Assembly (NCBI GenBank): GCA_016873715.1
Contig: VGWF01000001.1
Coordinates: forward strand, 394 to 64,393
From: Lentisphaerota bacterium
GTDB taxonomy: Bacteria > Verrucomicrobiota > Kiritimatiellia > PWTM01
Reading direction: 5' to 3'
Length of the DNA stretch: 64,000 bases
In this document: in pieces, positions 7,931 through 16,666 of the stretch
How the letters are laid out: each line of letters begins with the position of its first letter
Position numbering within the stretch: position 1 is the first letter of the stretch
Made by a program: the position numbers and the translations under genes
The notes under the pieces: generated by a model
The model's database searches: none
Told to the model about the DNA's origin: nothing
Seen by the model: the letters and a program-made list of their open reading frames with translations, nothing else

Positions 7931-10900
7931 GAATCGCCTCTTCCGGCCGACACGGAGGTCGGCCCTCCGGCCCGTCGGCATGCCGTTCGGTTTCGCGACT
8001 GGAGGGCCGGGCTCTGTCCCGGCCGTTCCGGTCCGGGGCGCTCGCCGCGTTTCTCAGCCTCGTCGCCGCGGTCGCACCCGCGGCGGAATCGGAAGCCACC
8101 GGTGTCGCGTCGCCGCTGCCCCCGCTGGCGGTTCACGTGAAGCGCGACACCCTCGCTGCGACCCTGCTCGCGAGCCGCGCCGCGCTGGCCGCATGGCGCG
8201 CGGAGCAGGCCGCCGTGCGGCCGGGGCTGGTGTGGGGCCCGTGGTCCGTCAGCGCGGCGGGCAAGCCCGACGCGCCCGCCCCCGCGGTCGATCCCGCGGC
8301 GAAGGACGCGGAGGGCGCGCCCCTCTGGCAGCCGCGGGCCGGATGGAAGGACGGCCAGTTCCTCCCGCTGGTTCCTGCCGGGCAGCCGAACGCGCCCGCG
8401 ACCGTGTGGCTGACGCGAACCGTCGTCGCCTCGCGACCCGCGACGGTGACCGTCGGCCTCGGCGGTGGCGACCGGATCGAGGTGCGGATCAACGGCACAG
8501 TCGCGCACACGCTCGACACCCGCGCCTGCTACGAGCGCTATGGCTGCAGTCTCGCGACGGACACGATCCACGCCGACCAGGTCATGGTGGGTTTGGCGCT
8601 CCCCGCGGGCACGAACCGGCTGACCCTCGGTGTGTCGCAGTCCGACATCGGGCGCCAGGCCCCGTTCCGTCTGTGGTTCTCCTCCGCGCCGAATCCCGTG
8701 CCGCACCTCTGGCAGCGCATCCGCCGCGACTTCCCGCCGTCGGGCCATGCGTTGCTGGAGGCCGTGCCGTACCCGTGGTTCGAAGCCGGGGGCTGGTTCG
8801 ACGCGGACGATTCGCGGCTCGAACGCGCGTTCGTCGCCGATGTCGCGGCCTCCAACGCGCCGCTCGCCGCGCTGCTCGGCCCGCCTCTCGCCGCCCTCGA
8901 GTCGGCGAAGGCCCCGGCCGGCGACCCCCGGTGGCTCGACCTTTGCGTCACCGCCGCGGAGCAGGCGCGGGCGGCGGACCGGCTCGGCCGGCTGGCGGCG
9001 GCGGTGGCGGAACTCGCGCGTTCGCACCCGGCGTATCCGGCGGATCGTCTGCTTGGCGAGATCGACGGGCTGCGCTCGGCGGTTCTTCGCGGCGAGCCGT
9101 CGCGCCCCGCGGTGGACGCCCTCGCGCGCCGCGCCCTGGTGGACGAGAGCCCGCTGCTGAAGGGGCGGAAGCTCCTCTTCTCCCGCCGGTACACGTACGA
9201 CTCGCGGCATTACTACGACGACTACTACGCGGGCCTTCGCGAATGGGGCGGGAACCTCTGCGAACTCGACCCCGCCACGGGCAAGGTCCGCGAGATCGTG
9301 CCGAAGCTCGCGGGCGGTATCTTCGACCGCTACGACCTCTCGCGGGACGGCCGGCGCGTCGTCTTCGGGTATCGCGCGCCGCGGCCCGAGGGCTTCCGCA
9401 TCTGGGAATGCCGCCTCGACGGCTCCGGCCTGCGGCAGCTCACGGCTCCGCCCGCCGACGAGCCGGAGCGCATCGCGCGGCACGCGGGCTACACGCGCGA
9501 GGCGATGGAGAAGGACCCGCGGCTCTACGGTCACTGGACCGACGACCTGCACCCGTGCTACCTGCCCGACGGCCGGATCGTCTTCGTCTCGAGCCGCTCC
9601 GAGCGCAGCGTCCTGTGCGGCGGGCACCCGCTGACCTGCACGACGCTCCACCGGATGGATGCCGACGGCCGCGACCTGCACGAGCTTTCGCAGGGCGCGC
9701 TGACCGAGTCGACGCCGACGCTGCTCGACGACGGCCGCATCCTCTACACGCGCTGGGAGTACGTCTACAAGGGCATTGCCGCCGTCCAGTCGCTCTGGGC
9801 GATGCGTCCCGACGGCACGGCCTCGGAGGAGATCTACGGCCACAACATCGACAACCCCGGCGTCTTCTTCGCCGGCCGCCAGATCCCCGGCGCGCCGGAC
9901 CGCGTCGTCGCCGTCGGCTGCGGCCACGAGCCGCTCGCCGTGGGTTCGATCCGCGTGATCGACCGCGCGAAGGACCGCCGCACGAAGGACGCGATGACGA
10001 GCCTCACGCCCGAGGTCGAGACGCGAAACCTCCGCGGGTTCTTCCAGTACCGCAACGGCCGGTGGAACGCGGAGGACGTGTACGGCCCGTTCTATACCGA
10101 CCCGTACCCGCTCTCGGAGCACTTCTTCCTCGTCTCGCACAACCCGTCCTCGCGGTACAACGACCGCGACGCCTACGGCATCTGGCTGATCGACACGTTC
10201 GGCAACCGCGTGCCCGTGTATGACGACCCGGAGATGTCCTGCTTCCAGCCGACGATCCTCGCCCCGCGCGCCGCGCCGCCCGCGCTGCCGCCGATGATCG
10301 CGGACGAGGCCGCGACCCACGGCGAGGCGACCGTGCTGCTGGTGGACCTCCACCGCGGCTTCACCAACGTCGCGCCGGGCACCGTGAAATACCTGCGCGT
10401 GATGGAGCAGATCCCGCGCTCGTGGGCGGCCTCGCAGGTGCAGCCGGGCGACGGCATCCCCGGCCAGACGACCGCCGTCTCGCTCAACACCCACATCTGG
10501 ATCGGCGTGCTGCTCGGCGTCGTCCCGGTCGAGGCGGACGGCTCGGCGTTCTTCCGCGTGCCGGCGCGGCGCAACCTCTACGTCACCGCGCTCGACGGCG
10601 ACTTCCTGGAAGTCCAGAAGATGCGGACCTTCGTCAACTTCCAGCCCGGCGAGACGCGCTCGTGCGTCGGCTGCCACGACCCGCGCGACGGCACCCCCGT
10701 CACGACGCGGCCGCTGGCGATGAACCGCGCGCCCTCGGCCATCGCCCCGCAGCCCGGCGACGCCGGTCCGCGTCCGATCCACTATCCGTCCGACGTCCAG
10801 CCGGTGTTCGACCGCCACTGCGTCGCCTGCCACGGCGGCGACAAGCCGAAGGGCGGCCTCGATCTGACCGGGGAGATGACGACGCACTTCAACCGCTCCT

Positions 10901-11832
10901 ACGAGACGCTCCTGAAGAAGGGCCTCGTGAACTTCATCCAGGAATGGACCGGGCCCGCGCCGGAGCAGGCCGGTCCGGGCCACGTGCCGAACGGAAGCAT
11001 GCTCTTCTCCGAGGCCGTCGCGCCGTACACGTTCGGTTCGCACCGCAGCCGCCTGATCGAGGTCCTGCGCAAGGGCCACCACGACGTGAAGCTCCCGCGC
11101 GAGGAGTTCATCCGCATCGCGACGTGGGTCGATGCCAACGTTCCGTACTACGGCTCCTACTTCGGCCGGAAGAACATCGCCGCGAAGGGGCGCCCGGGGT
11201 TCCGCCCGGCCCCGACGCTGGAGTCCGCGCGCGGGATCGAGCCGCCGCCCTACGTGCCGCCGGCCCTGCCGGCGAAACTTCTCGCGTCGTGGGGGGCGGA
11301 CGCGCTGCCCGCGGCGTTCGACGGCACGGCCGGGGTGGCCGGCGCCGCCCCCGGCGCGCACGAGGCGGTCTCGGTCGCGCTGTGGGTCCGGCCGGAGAGC
11401 CTCGGCAACCGGTGGAACCCGCTGCTCTTCACGGACGGTGGGGGCGCGTCGGCCTTCCATTTCAGCCTGCTCGAGGACGGCACGCCGAACGTCGCGGTCA
11501 ACTACGGCGGCAAGATGTGGATGCACAGCCGCGCCGAAACGGCGGTCGCGCCGGGCGCGTGGCGGCACGTCGCCGTCGCGTGCGATCCCCGCGCCGGCGG
11601 TTCGATCCGCTTCTTCGTCGACGGCCGCCCCGCCGGCCGCAAGCCGCTGGACCTCGGCGTGCCGGTCGACCTCGCCGCCTTCCGCCTCGGCGCCTGGAAC
11701 CAATGGGCGAAACAGCCCGCCAGCAACTTCCACGGCGTGATGGCCGGCGTGCGGCTGTACGCGGGCCTGCTGACCGACGACGAGGTCGCGGCGCTGGCCC
11801 GCACGGGACCGGATGCGGCGGTGCGACGGTAA
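7927..11832 (+). CDS. Secreted multidomain protein, paralog 2. It has an N-terminal beta-sandwich-like domain, a helical linker, a PD40 beta-propeller, two CxxCH motifs ('SCVGCHD', 'RHCVACHGGDKPKGGLDLT') and a C-terminal LamG/ConA-like domain.
   Basis: Second half of the 2347-aa fused ORF. ATG at 7927 overlaps the upstream stop (ATGA), indicating translational coupling. The motifs 'VPVEADGS', 'CVGCH', 'KPKGGLDLT' and 'W(V/I)DxN(V/A)xYYG' are shared with its paralogs. Confidence 0.85.
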   Translation: MRIASSGRHGGRPSGPSACRSVSRLEGRALSRPFRSGALAAFLSLVAAVAPAAESEATGVASPLPPLAVHVKRDTLAATLLASRAALAAWRAEQAAVRPGLVWGPWSVSAAGKPDAPAPAVDPAAKDAEGAPLWQPRAGWKDGQFLPLVPAGQPNAPATVWLTRTVVASRPATVTVGLGGGDRIEVRINGTVAHTLDTRACYERYGCSLATDTIHADQVMVGLALPAGTNRLTLGVSQSDIGRQAPFRLWFSSAPNPVPHLWQRIRRDFPPSGHALLEAVPYPWFEAGGWFDADDSRLERAFVADVAASNAPLAALLGPPLAALESAKAPAGDPRWLDLCVTAAEQARAADRLGRLAAAVAELARSHPAYPADRLLGEIDGLRSAVLRGEPSRPAVDALARRALVDESPLLKGRKLLFSRRYTYDSRHYYDDYYAGLREWGGNLCELDPATGKVREIVPKLAGGIFDRYDLSRDGRRVVFGYRAPRPEGFRIWECRLDGSGLRQLTAPPADEPERIARHAGYTREAMEKDPRLYGHWTDDLHPCYLPDGRIVFVSSRSERSVLCGGHPLTCTTLHRMDADGRDLHELSQGALTESTPTLLDDGRILYTRWEYVYKGIAAVQSLWAMRPDGTASEEIYGHNIDNPGVFFAGRQIPGAPDRVVAVGCGHEPLAVGSIRVIDRAKDRRTKDAMTSLTPEVETRNLRGFFQYRNGRWNAEDVYGPFYTDPYPLSEHFFLVSHNPSSRYNDRDAYGIWLIDTFGNRVPVYDDPEMSCFQPTILAPRAAPPALPPMIADEAATHGEATVLLVDLHRGFTNVAPGTVKYLRVMEQIPRSWAASQVQPGDGIPGQTTAVSLNTHIWIGVLLGVVPVEADGSAFFRVPARRNLYVTALDGDFLEVQKMRTFVNFQPGETRSCVGCHDPRDGTPVTTRPLAMNRAPSAIAPQPGDAGPRPIHYPSDVQPVFDRHCVACHGGDKPKGGLDLTGEMTTHFNRSYETLLKKGLVNFIQEWTGPAPEQAGPGHVPNGSMLFSEAVAPYTFGSHRSRLIEVLRKGHHDVKLPREEFIRIATWVDANVPYYGSYFGRKNIAAKGRPGFRPAPTLESARGIEPPPYVPPALPAKLLASWGADALPAAFDGTAGVAGAAPGAHEAVSVALWVRPESLGNRWNPLLFTDGGGASAFHFSLLEDGTPNVAVNYGGKMWMHSRAETAVAPGAWRHVAVACDPRAGGSIRFFVDGRPAGRKPLDLGVPVDLAAFRLGAWNQWAKQPASNFHGVMAGVRLYAGLLTDDEVAALARTGPDAAVRR

Positions 11833-12238
11833 GCCGGGCGGGTTCACCCGCGGGGCGTGTCATGCGGTCATGGAGTCGTGGGTTTGCCCGCGCGGCGAGG
11901 GAACCGGCGATCCGCACGACACGCTGTGCGGGCAACTGCAGGTGTGCCGACGCCAACGCAAGCCCGGCCCCTGCGATTCGCAACCCGCCTGCAACCTGGC
12001 TTTCCGCCGCGGCCCGTGGACCTCGCCACCGAGTCCCCCGGCACGAGGAGCTGCGAGCCATGCCCATTTCTGTGGCGCATCCGGCGCGCCTGTGGTGAAG
12101 TAGGCGGCACGATGAACCCGCGCGTTCTGTCCGCCACGCTCGCCGCCCGGTCGTCGGCGCTGCGCCGGTGGGGCGACCGCTTCGGCTTCGAGAGCCGAGA
12201 TGTCCGCCATCCGCGCCTGTCGCGATAAAGGAGAGGCC

Positions 12239-13447
12239 GTGAAGAGAACCGTCAGCCTGGGTCTTGCCGCTGTCCTGCTCGCACCGCCGGCCGCCCTGTG
12301 CGAGGCGCCGACGACGACGGAATCCCCGGGCGGCTTTGCGGTCGCTTCGAAGCTGGAGGAGTTCCTCGGCGAACCGGTCCTCGTGCCGATGCAGGAGCTC
12401 TGGAAGGGGCGCGGGGGGTGGGGCGGAATCGTGGCGGCGCGGGACGGGACGCTGGTGGTGTTCCGGTCGCCCGGCGGTGGCGAGTGCCGGCGCAGCCGCG
12501 ACGGCGGGAAGACCTGGGATGCCGACATCGTCATCGCGCCCGACGCGAAGGGCGGCCGCGCGCTGGTGGACGAGTCGAACGGCGACCTGCTCTATGCGAA
12601 TCCGCCGTCCGGCTGGCTCTACCGCAGCCGCGATTCCGGCGCCACGTGGACGTGCGAGACGAACGCGATCCTTCCCGACGGCTTCGGACTCGTTCCGACC
12701 CTCGAGGGCGTCTCCGCGATGCAGGCCGGCATCACGCTGGCGTTCGGACCGCGCAAAGGCCGGCTGATCATGCCCGCGCGCATCACGGGGCCGAAGGGTT
12801 CGAACGCCGTCGGGTGGCGGCCGTACCACTACAGCACCGCGCTCTACAGCGACGACGGCGGGAAGGTCTGGCAGACCAGCAAGCCCTTCCCCGTGATGGG
12901 CACCGGCGAGGCGACGCTGGCGGAACTCTCCGACGGCAGCATCCTCTACAACTCCCGCGAGCACATGAGCCGCGGCAACCGCTTCTTCGCGACGAGCCAC
13001 GACGGCGGCGACCTGTGGATCGACGCGCGTCGCAGCGCCGAGCTGCCCGACGGCGCGCGCGGCACGTCCTACGGCTGCATGGGCGGCATGGTCCGCCTGC
13101 CCGTCGCCGGGCGCGACATCCTGATCTACAGCAACCTCGACACCGACTCCGGCGAGATGCCGAGGCAGGTCGGGGCCTCGATCGTCAAGGGCCGGGAGAG
13201 GATCACCGTCTGGGCGAGCTTCGACGGCGGGCGCACGTGGCCGGTCAAGCGCCTGGTCTACGAAGGTCCCAGCGCCTACTCCAACCTCGGCGTCGGCCGC
13301 TCCGGCACGCCGTGCGCGGGCCGGATCTTCCTCGTCTTCGAGGGCAGCGCGGCGGGCTGCAGCGAGGCCGTCCACGTCGCCTCGTTCAACCTCGCCTGGC
13401 TGCTCGACGGCCGCGACATCGCCGGGTTCCTCGCGAAGCAACCCTGA
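12239..13447 (+). CDS. BNR/Asp-box sialidase (exo-alpha-sialidase, GH33-like) with a signal peptide.
   Basis: Five Asp-box motifs (SRDGGKTW, SRDSGATW, SDDGGKVW, SHDGGDLW, SFDGGRTW). An RBS 'aaaggagag' precedes the GTG at 12239. Confidence 0.8.
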   Translation: MKRTVSLGLAAVLLAPPAALCEAPTTTESPGGFAVASKLEEFLGEPVLVPMQELWKGRGGWGGIVAARDGTLVVFRSPGGGECRRSRDGGKTWDADIVIAPDAKGGRALVDESNGDLLYANPPSGWLYRSRDSGATWTCETNAILPDGFGLVPTLEGVSAMQAGITLAFGPRKGRLIMPARITGPKGSNAVGWRPYHYSTALYSDDGGKVWQTSKPFPVMGTGEATLAELSDGSILYNSREHMSRGNRFFATSHDGGDLWIDARRSAELPDGARGTSYGCMGGMVRLPVAGRDILIYSNLDTDSGEMPRQVGASIVKGRERITVWASFDGGRTWPVKRLVYEGPSAYSNLGVGRSGTPCAGRIFLVFEGSAAGCSEAVHVASFNLAWLLDGRDIAGFLAKQP

Positions 13448-13464
13448 CGGACGGTTCCTCTGCC

Positions 13465-14772
13465 ATGCCGTCGCCGCCCGTCCATCTCGCCGCCCTGCTT
13501 CTCGCGCCGCTGACCGTCGCGGCGGCGGGCGGCGGCTTCGAGGGCGGGATCGGCGTGGTGGACATCACGTCCACGGGGGCCGTCGTGCTGGCGGGCTCGC
13601 CGGTCCGGGTGGCGACGGCGGAGGTCGCGAGCCGTCTGCAGGTCCGCGCGCTGGTCCTCGCCGCGGGCGGGCGCAAGGTGGCGATCGTCGCGCTGGACAC
13701 GCTGAAGTACCCCGTCGAGCACGTGGAGCGGGCGCGCCGGCGGATCGAGGAGACGACGGGCATCCCGGCCGGCCACGTCGTCCTCTGCGCGTCGCACACG
13801 CACCGCGGCCCGCTGTGGAGCCACTACGGGGACCAGCTGGTGACGCCCATCGCCGAGGCGGTGGCGATCGCGACGCGCGATCTCGCGCCCTGCAGCCTCG
13901 GAGCGGCGAAGGGCAGGGCCGAGGGCGTCAGCGAGTGCCGGCGGGTGGTCAGGGAGGGCCACGCCTGGAACCGGTGGCAACTGGCCCCCGGGGAAGCCGA
14001 CACGTACCCGGCGGAGGGACCGGCCGATCCGGAATTCGACGTCCTCGCGGTGACCGGCGGCGACGGGAAGCTCAAGGCGATCGTGTACAACTTCGCCTGC
14101 CACGCCGCGAATACGCGGACTTCCGTGATCTCGGCGGACTACCCGGGCGACGTCGAGCGGCATGTCCGGAGCCGTCCGGGCTACGATGTCCCCGTGCTGT
14201 TCCTGGCCGGCGCGTGCGGCGACGTGAATCCGGTCTACAGCGCGGCGCAGGGGCTTCTCGGGGAGCGGCTCGGCGCGGCCGTCATCGACTGCCTTGGCCG
14301 GCTCGAACCCATCGCCGGGCCGTCGCTCTCGGTGGAAGGCCGGGAGCTGCGGATGCCGGGCCGGGAGCATCCGGAGTTCCGGGAGGCCGAGGTTGCCCGG
14401 AACTGGCCCGGGCAACTCGAGCACTACCGGAAGTCCTTCGACGACATGAAGCGGCGGGAGAAGCCGGCCTATCCGTTCGCCCTGACCGGCATCCGGATCG
14501 GCGACCGCTTGGCGATCGCGACCGTCCCCGGCGAGCTGTTCTGCGAGATCGGGATGGCCATCAAGACGCGGTCGCCGTTCCGGCACACGATGGTCGTCGA
14601 ACTTGCCAACGGCGCCCACGGTTACATCCCCACGGCGAAGGCGTTCGAGGGCGGAAGCTACGAGACATGGTTCGGCGAGCATTCCTGCCTCACGACGCGG
14701 GCCGGGGAGATCGTCGAGATGGAGTCGGTGGACATCCTGAACAACCTGAAACGAGCGGAGATGACCCCATGA
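13465..14772 (+). CDS. Neutral/alkaline (non-lysosomal) ceramidase-like hydrolase.
   Basis: 'GIGVVDITSTG' and 'CASHTHRGP' match the neutral-ceramidase N-terminal-domain motifs; there is a signal peptide and the stop overlaps the next start (ATGA). Confidence 0.7.
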   Translation: MPSPPVHLAALLLAPLTVAAAGGGFEGGIGVVDITSTGAVVLAGSPVRVATAEVASRLQVRALVLAAGGRKVAIVALDTLKYPVEHVERARRRIEETTGIPAGHVVLCASHTHRGPLWSHYGDQLVTPIAEAVAIATRDLAPCSLGAAKGRAEGVSECRRVVREGHAWNRWQLAPGEADTYPAEGPADPEFDVLAVTGGDGKLKAIVYNFACHAANTRTSVISADYPGDVERHVRSRPGYDVPVLFLAGACGDVNPVYSAAQGLLGERLGAAVIDCLGRLEPIAGPSLSVEGRELRMPGREHPEFREAEVARNWPGQLEHYRKSFDDMKRREKPAYPFALTGIRIGDRLAIATVPGELFCEIGMAIKTRSPFRHTMVVELANGAHGYIPTAKAFEGGSYETWFGEHSCLTTRAGEIVEMESVDILNNLKRAEMTP

Positions 14773-16526
14773 CACGCACCCGGACCGTGGCCGGCATCCT
14801 GTCGGTCCAGCTGTTCGCCTCCCCGGCCGTCCGCGGTGCCGACGAGGCGGCGTGGGTGCGGTTGAGGGATCCGCTGGACACCAGCGTCGTGAAGGTCGGC
14901 GAGACGATCTTCACGGACCGGCCGTACGCGTTCGAGTCGTATCCCAAGGAGATGGATGGACTGGCCTTCGTGCGCGGCGGCATCGAGTCGACATTCACGG
15001 TCGCGGTTGCGCGCGACGGCATCCTGCGGGCGCTGACGGCCGCGCCGGAGACGAAGGCGGCCCACGGGCAGGCGGCGTCGCTGCGGAGGCTGGGCTTCGA
15101 GGAGGTCGCCGAGGCCGGCCGGCACCAGTTGTTCGGCGCGTCGCCGGCGGACCGCGTCGCGCTCTTCCGCAAGACGGTGAAGGCCGGCGAGAGCTACACG
15201 TTCCATCGCTGGACCGTCGTTGCGGCGGGGCGGATCGAGGAGTCGCCGTTCAAGAAGATGGTGGCGCAGTACGCGCGCGACGAGGCGACCGGCCGGCATG
15301 TGCGGGAGAACCTGCTGTTCCTGCAGCCGGACTACGTGGTCTTCGTGCCGAAGCAGAAGCGGGAGATCGTCGGCGACCGCTACAACGATCACTTCCAGGT
15401 CTTCGACAAGCCGGACGGCACCCTCTTCGCCGCGTGGACGCAGGCGACGCGGGAGGGGGACGTCGACCAGCACGTCTGCTTCTCGCGCAGCCGGGACAAG
15501 GGGCGGACATGGACCGAGCCGGTGATCCTTGCCGGGTCGGCGAGTTACGTGAATCCGCAGCCGATCGCGAGCTGGCAGCAGCCGATGGTGTCGAAGTCCG
15601 GCCGCATCTACATGCTCTGGAACCAGCGCGTGTCGAACGACCCGCTTCACCACGGGATCATGATCGGGAAGTACTCGGACGACGACGGCGACACGTGGTC
15701 GCAGCCGCGCGTCGTGACGCTGCCGCGCGTGAACCGCGACCCGCCCGGCAAGCCGCCGAGCTGGTGCATCTGGCAGCGGCCGCTGAGGCTGGGGAAGGAC
15801 GGGAAGTACCTCGTCGGCCTCACGCGCCACGGCGTCGTCACGGGCGAGACCGCGACCGCCGCGGCGGCGGAGTCGGAGAAGGAGAACAAGGACGGCCGGC
15901 TGCAGTCCAAGCTCGCCGGCTCGACCGTCGAGTTCATCCAGTACGACAACATCGACGACGACCCGGCGATCGAGGACATCCGCGTCGTGCTGCTCGCCGC
16001 CAACGAGAAGGAGATGGCGGTGATCGATCCGAAGTGGGGCCTGTGCTGCCAGGAGGCGGGCATCGTCAACCTGCCCGACGGCCGCCTCTTCGCGCTGATG
16101 CGCACCAGCGCCGGCTCGCCCTACTGGAGCCAGAGCCGCGACAAGGGCCTGAACTGGGATCCGCCGAAGGCTCTGAAGGATGCGGACGGAAAGCCGTACC
16201 TCCACCCGTGCGCGCCGTGTCCGATCTACGACCGCAAGGGCCCCGAGGCCTGCAGCGGCGAGTACTTCGCCTTCGTGTCGAACGAGGAGCGCAGCGAGAA
16301 GAACTCCTACAGCCCGCGCGGACCGCTCTTCCTGATCGCCGGCAGGTTCGACTCGCAGGGCGAGCAACCGATCCGCTTCGCCGCGCCCAAGCCCTACCCG
16401 TCGCGCCCCTCGGGCAACGCCTTCTACACGAGCCTCACGGTGGTCGACGGCCTGACCGTCCTCTGGATCCCCGACTGGAAGCACTTCCTGATCGGCAAGA
16501 TCATCGGCGACGAGTGGTTCGAATAG
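14769..16526 (+). CDS. BNR/Asp-box repeat protein (sialidase-like) with an N-terminal extra domain.
   Basis: Asp-boxes SRSRDKGRTW, SDDDGDTW and SQSRDKGLNW; a signal peptide is present. Confidence 0.75.
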   Translation: MTRTRTVAGILSVQLFASPAVRGADEAAWVRLRDPLDTSVVKVGETIFTDRPYAFESYPKEMDGLAFVRGGIESTFTVAVARDGILRALTAAPETKAAHGQAASLRRLGFEEVAEAGRHQLFGASPADRVALFRKTVKAGESYTFHRWTVVAAGRIEESPFKKMVAQYARDEATGRHVRENLLFLQPDYVVFVPKQKREIVGDRYNDHFQVFDKPDGTLFAAWTQATREGDVDQHVCFSRSRDKGRTWTEPVILAGSASYVNPQPIASWQQPMVSKSGRIYMLWNQRVSNDPLHHGIMIGKYSDDDGDTWSQPRVVTLPRVNRDPPGKPPSWCIWQRPLRLGKDGKYLVGLTRHGVVTGETATAAAAESEKENKDGRLQSKLAGSTVEFIQYDNIDDDPAIEDIRVVLLAANEKEMAVIDPKWGLCCQEAGIVNLPDGRLFALMRTSAGSPYWSQSRDKGLNWDPPKALKDADGKPYLHPCAPCPIYDRKGPEACSGEYFAFVSNEERSEKNSYSPRGPLFLIAGRFDSQGEQPIRFAAPKPYPSRPSGNAFYTSLTVVDGLTVLWIPDWKHFLIGKIIGDEWFE

Positions 16527-16666
16527 CCGCCGCCACGGAACGAAGGCGTCGAAGTCGAGGGGCGCCAAACCAGGAGGGAGCAGAAACTCCAGGATCCGCC
16601 GCCGGCCAGTCGTCGCCCTTCTCCGCTTCCGCCCCCGGCGCTCGGCGCCGGTGAACCGACCGTTCC

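Noticed and set aside
4721-7981. 1086-aa minus-strand ORF antisense to paralog 1, with similar long antisense or alternate-frame ORFs (e.g. 7759..11847 -, 16424..20524 -, 25815..29375 -, 46947..50675 -, 386..1306 -).
   Set aside because: They mirror strongly supported genes on the other strand. Their products are Arg/Pro/Gly-rich low-complexity with no motifs. Such stop-free frames are expected in ~70% GC DNA.
4789-11832. Single 2347-aa ORF in the track.
   Set aside because: It is a frame artefact spanning two genes. The true upstream gene is in another frame (4760..7930), and the real second gene begins at the ATG at 7927, where a signal peptide follows.
11833-11860. Possible terminator hairpin 'CCGGGCGGGTTCACCCGCGGGG' after paralog 2.
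   Set aside because: The stem is imperfect (only ~5 contiguous bp) and there is no U-tract, so it is not convincing.
11857-12228. Small ORFs (39-123 aa) in the 400-bp intergenic region between paralog 2 and the sialidase.
   Set aside because: No RBS, no motifs, and overlapping alternative frames equally open. They are treated as non-coding leader or promoter sequence.
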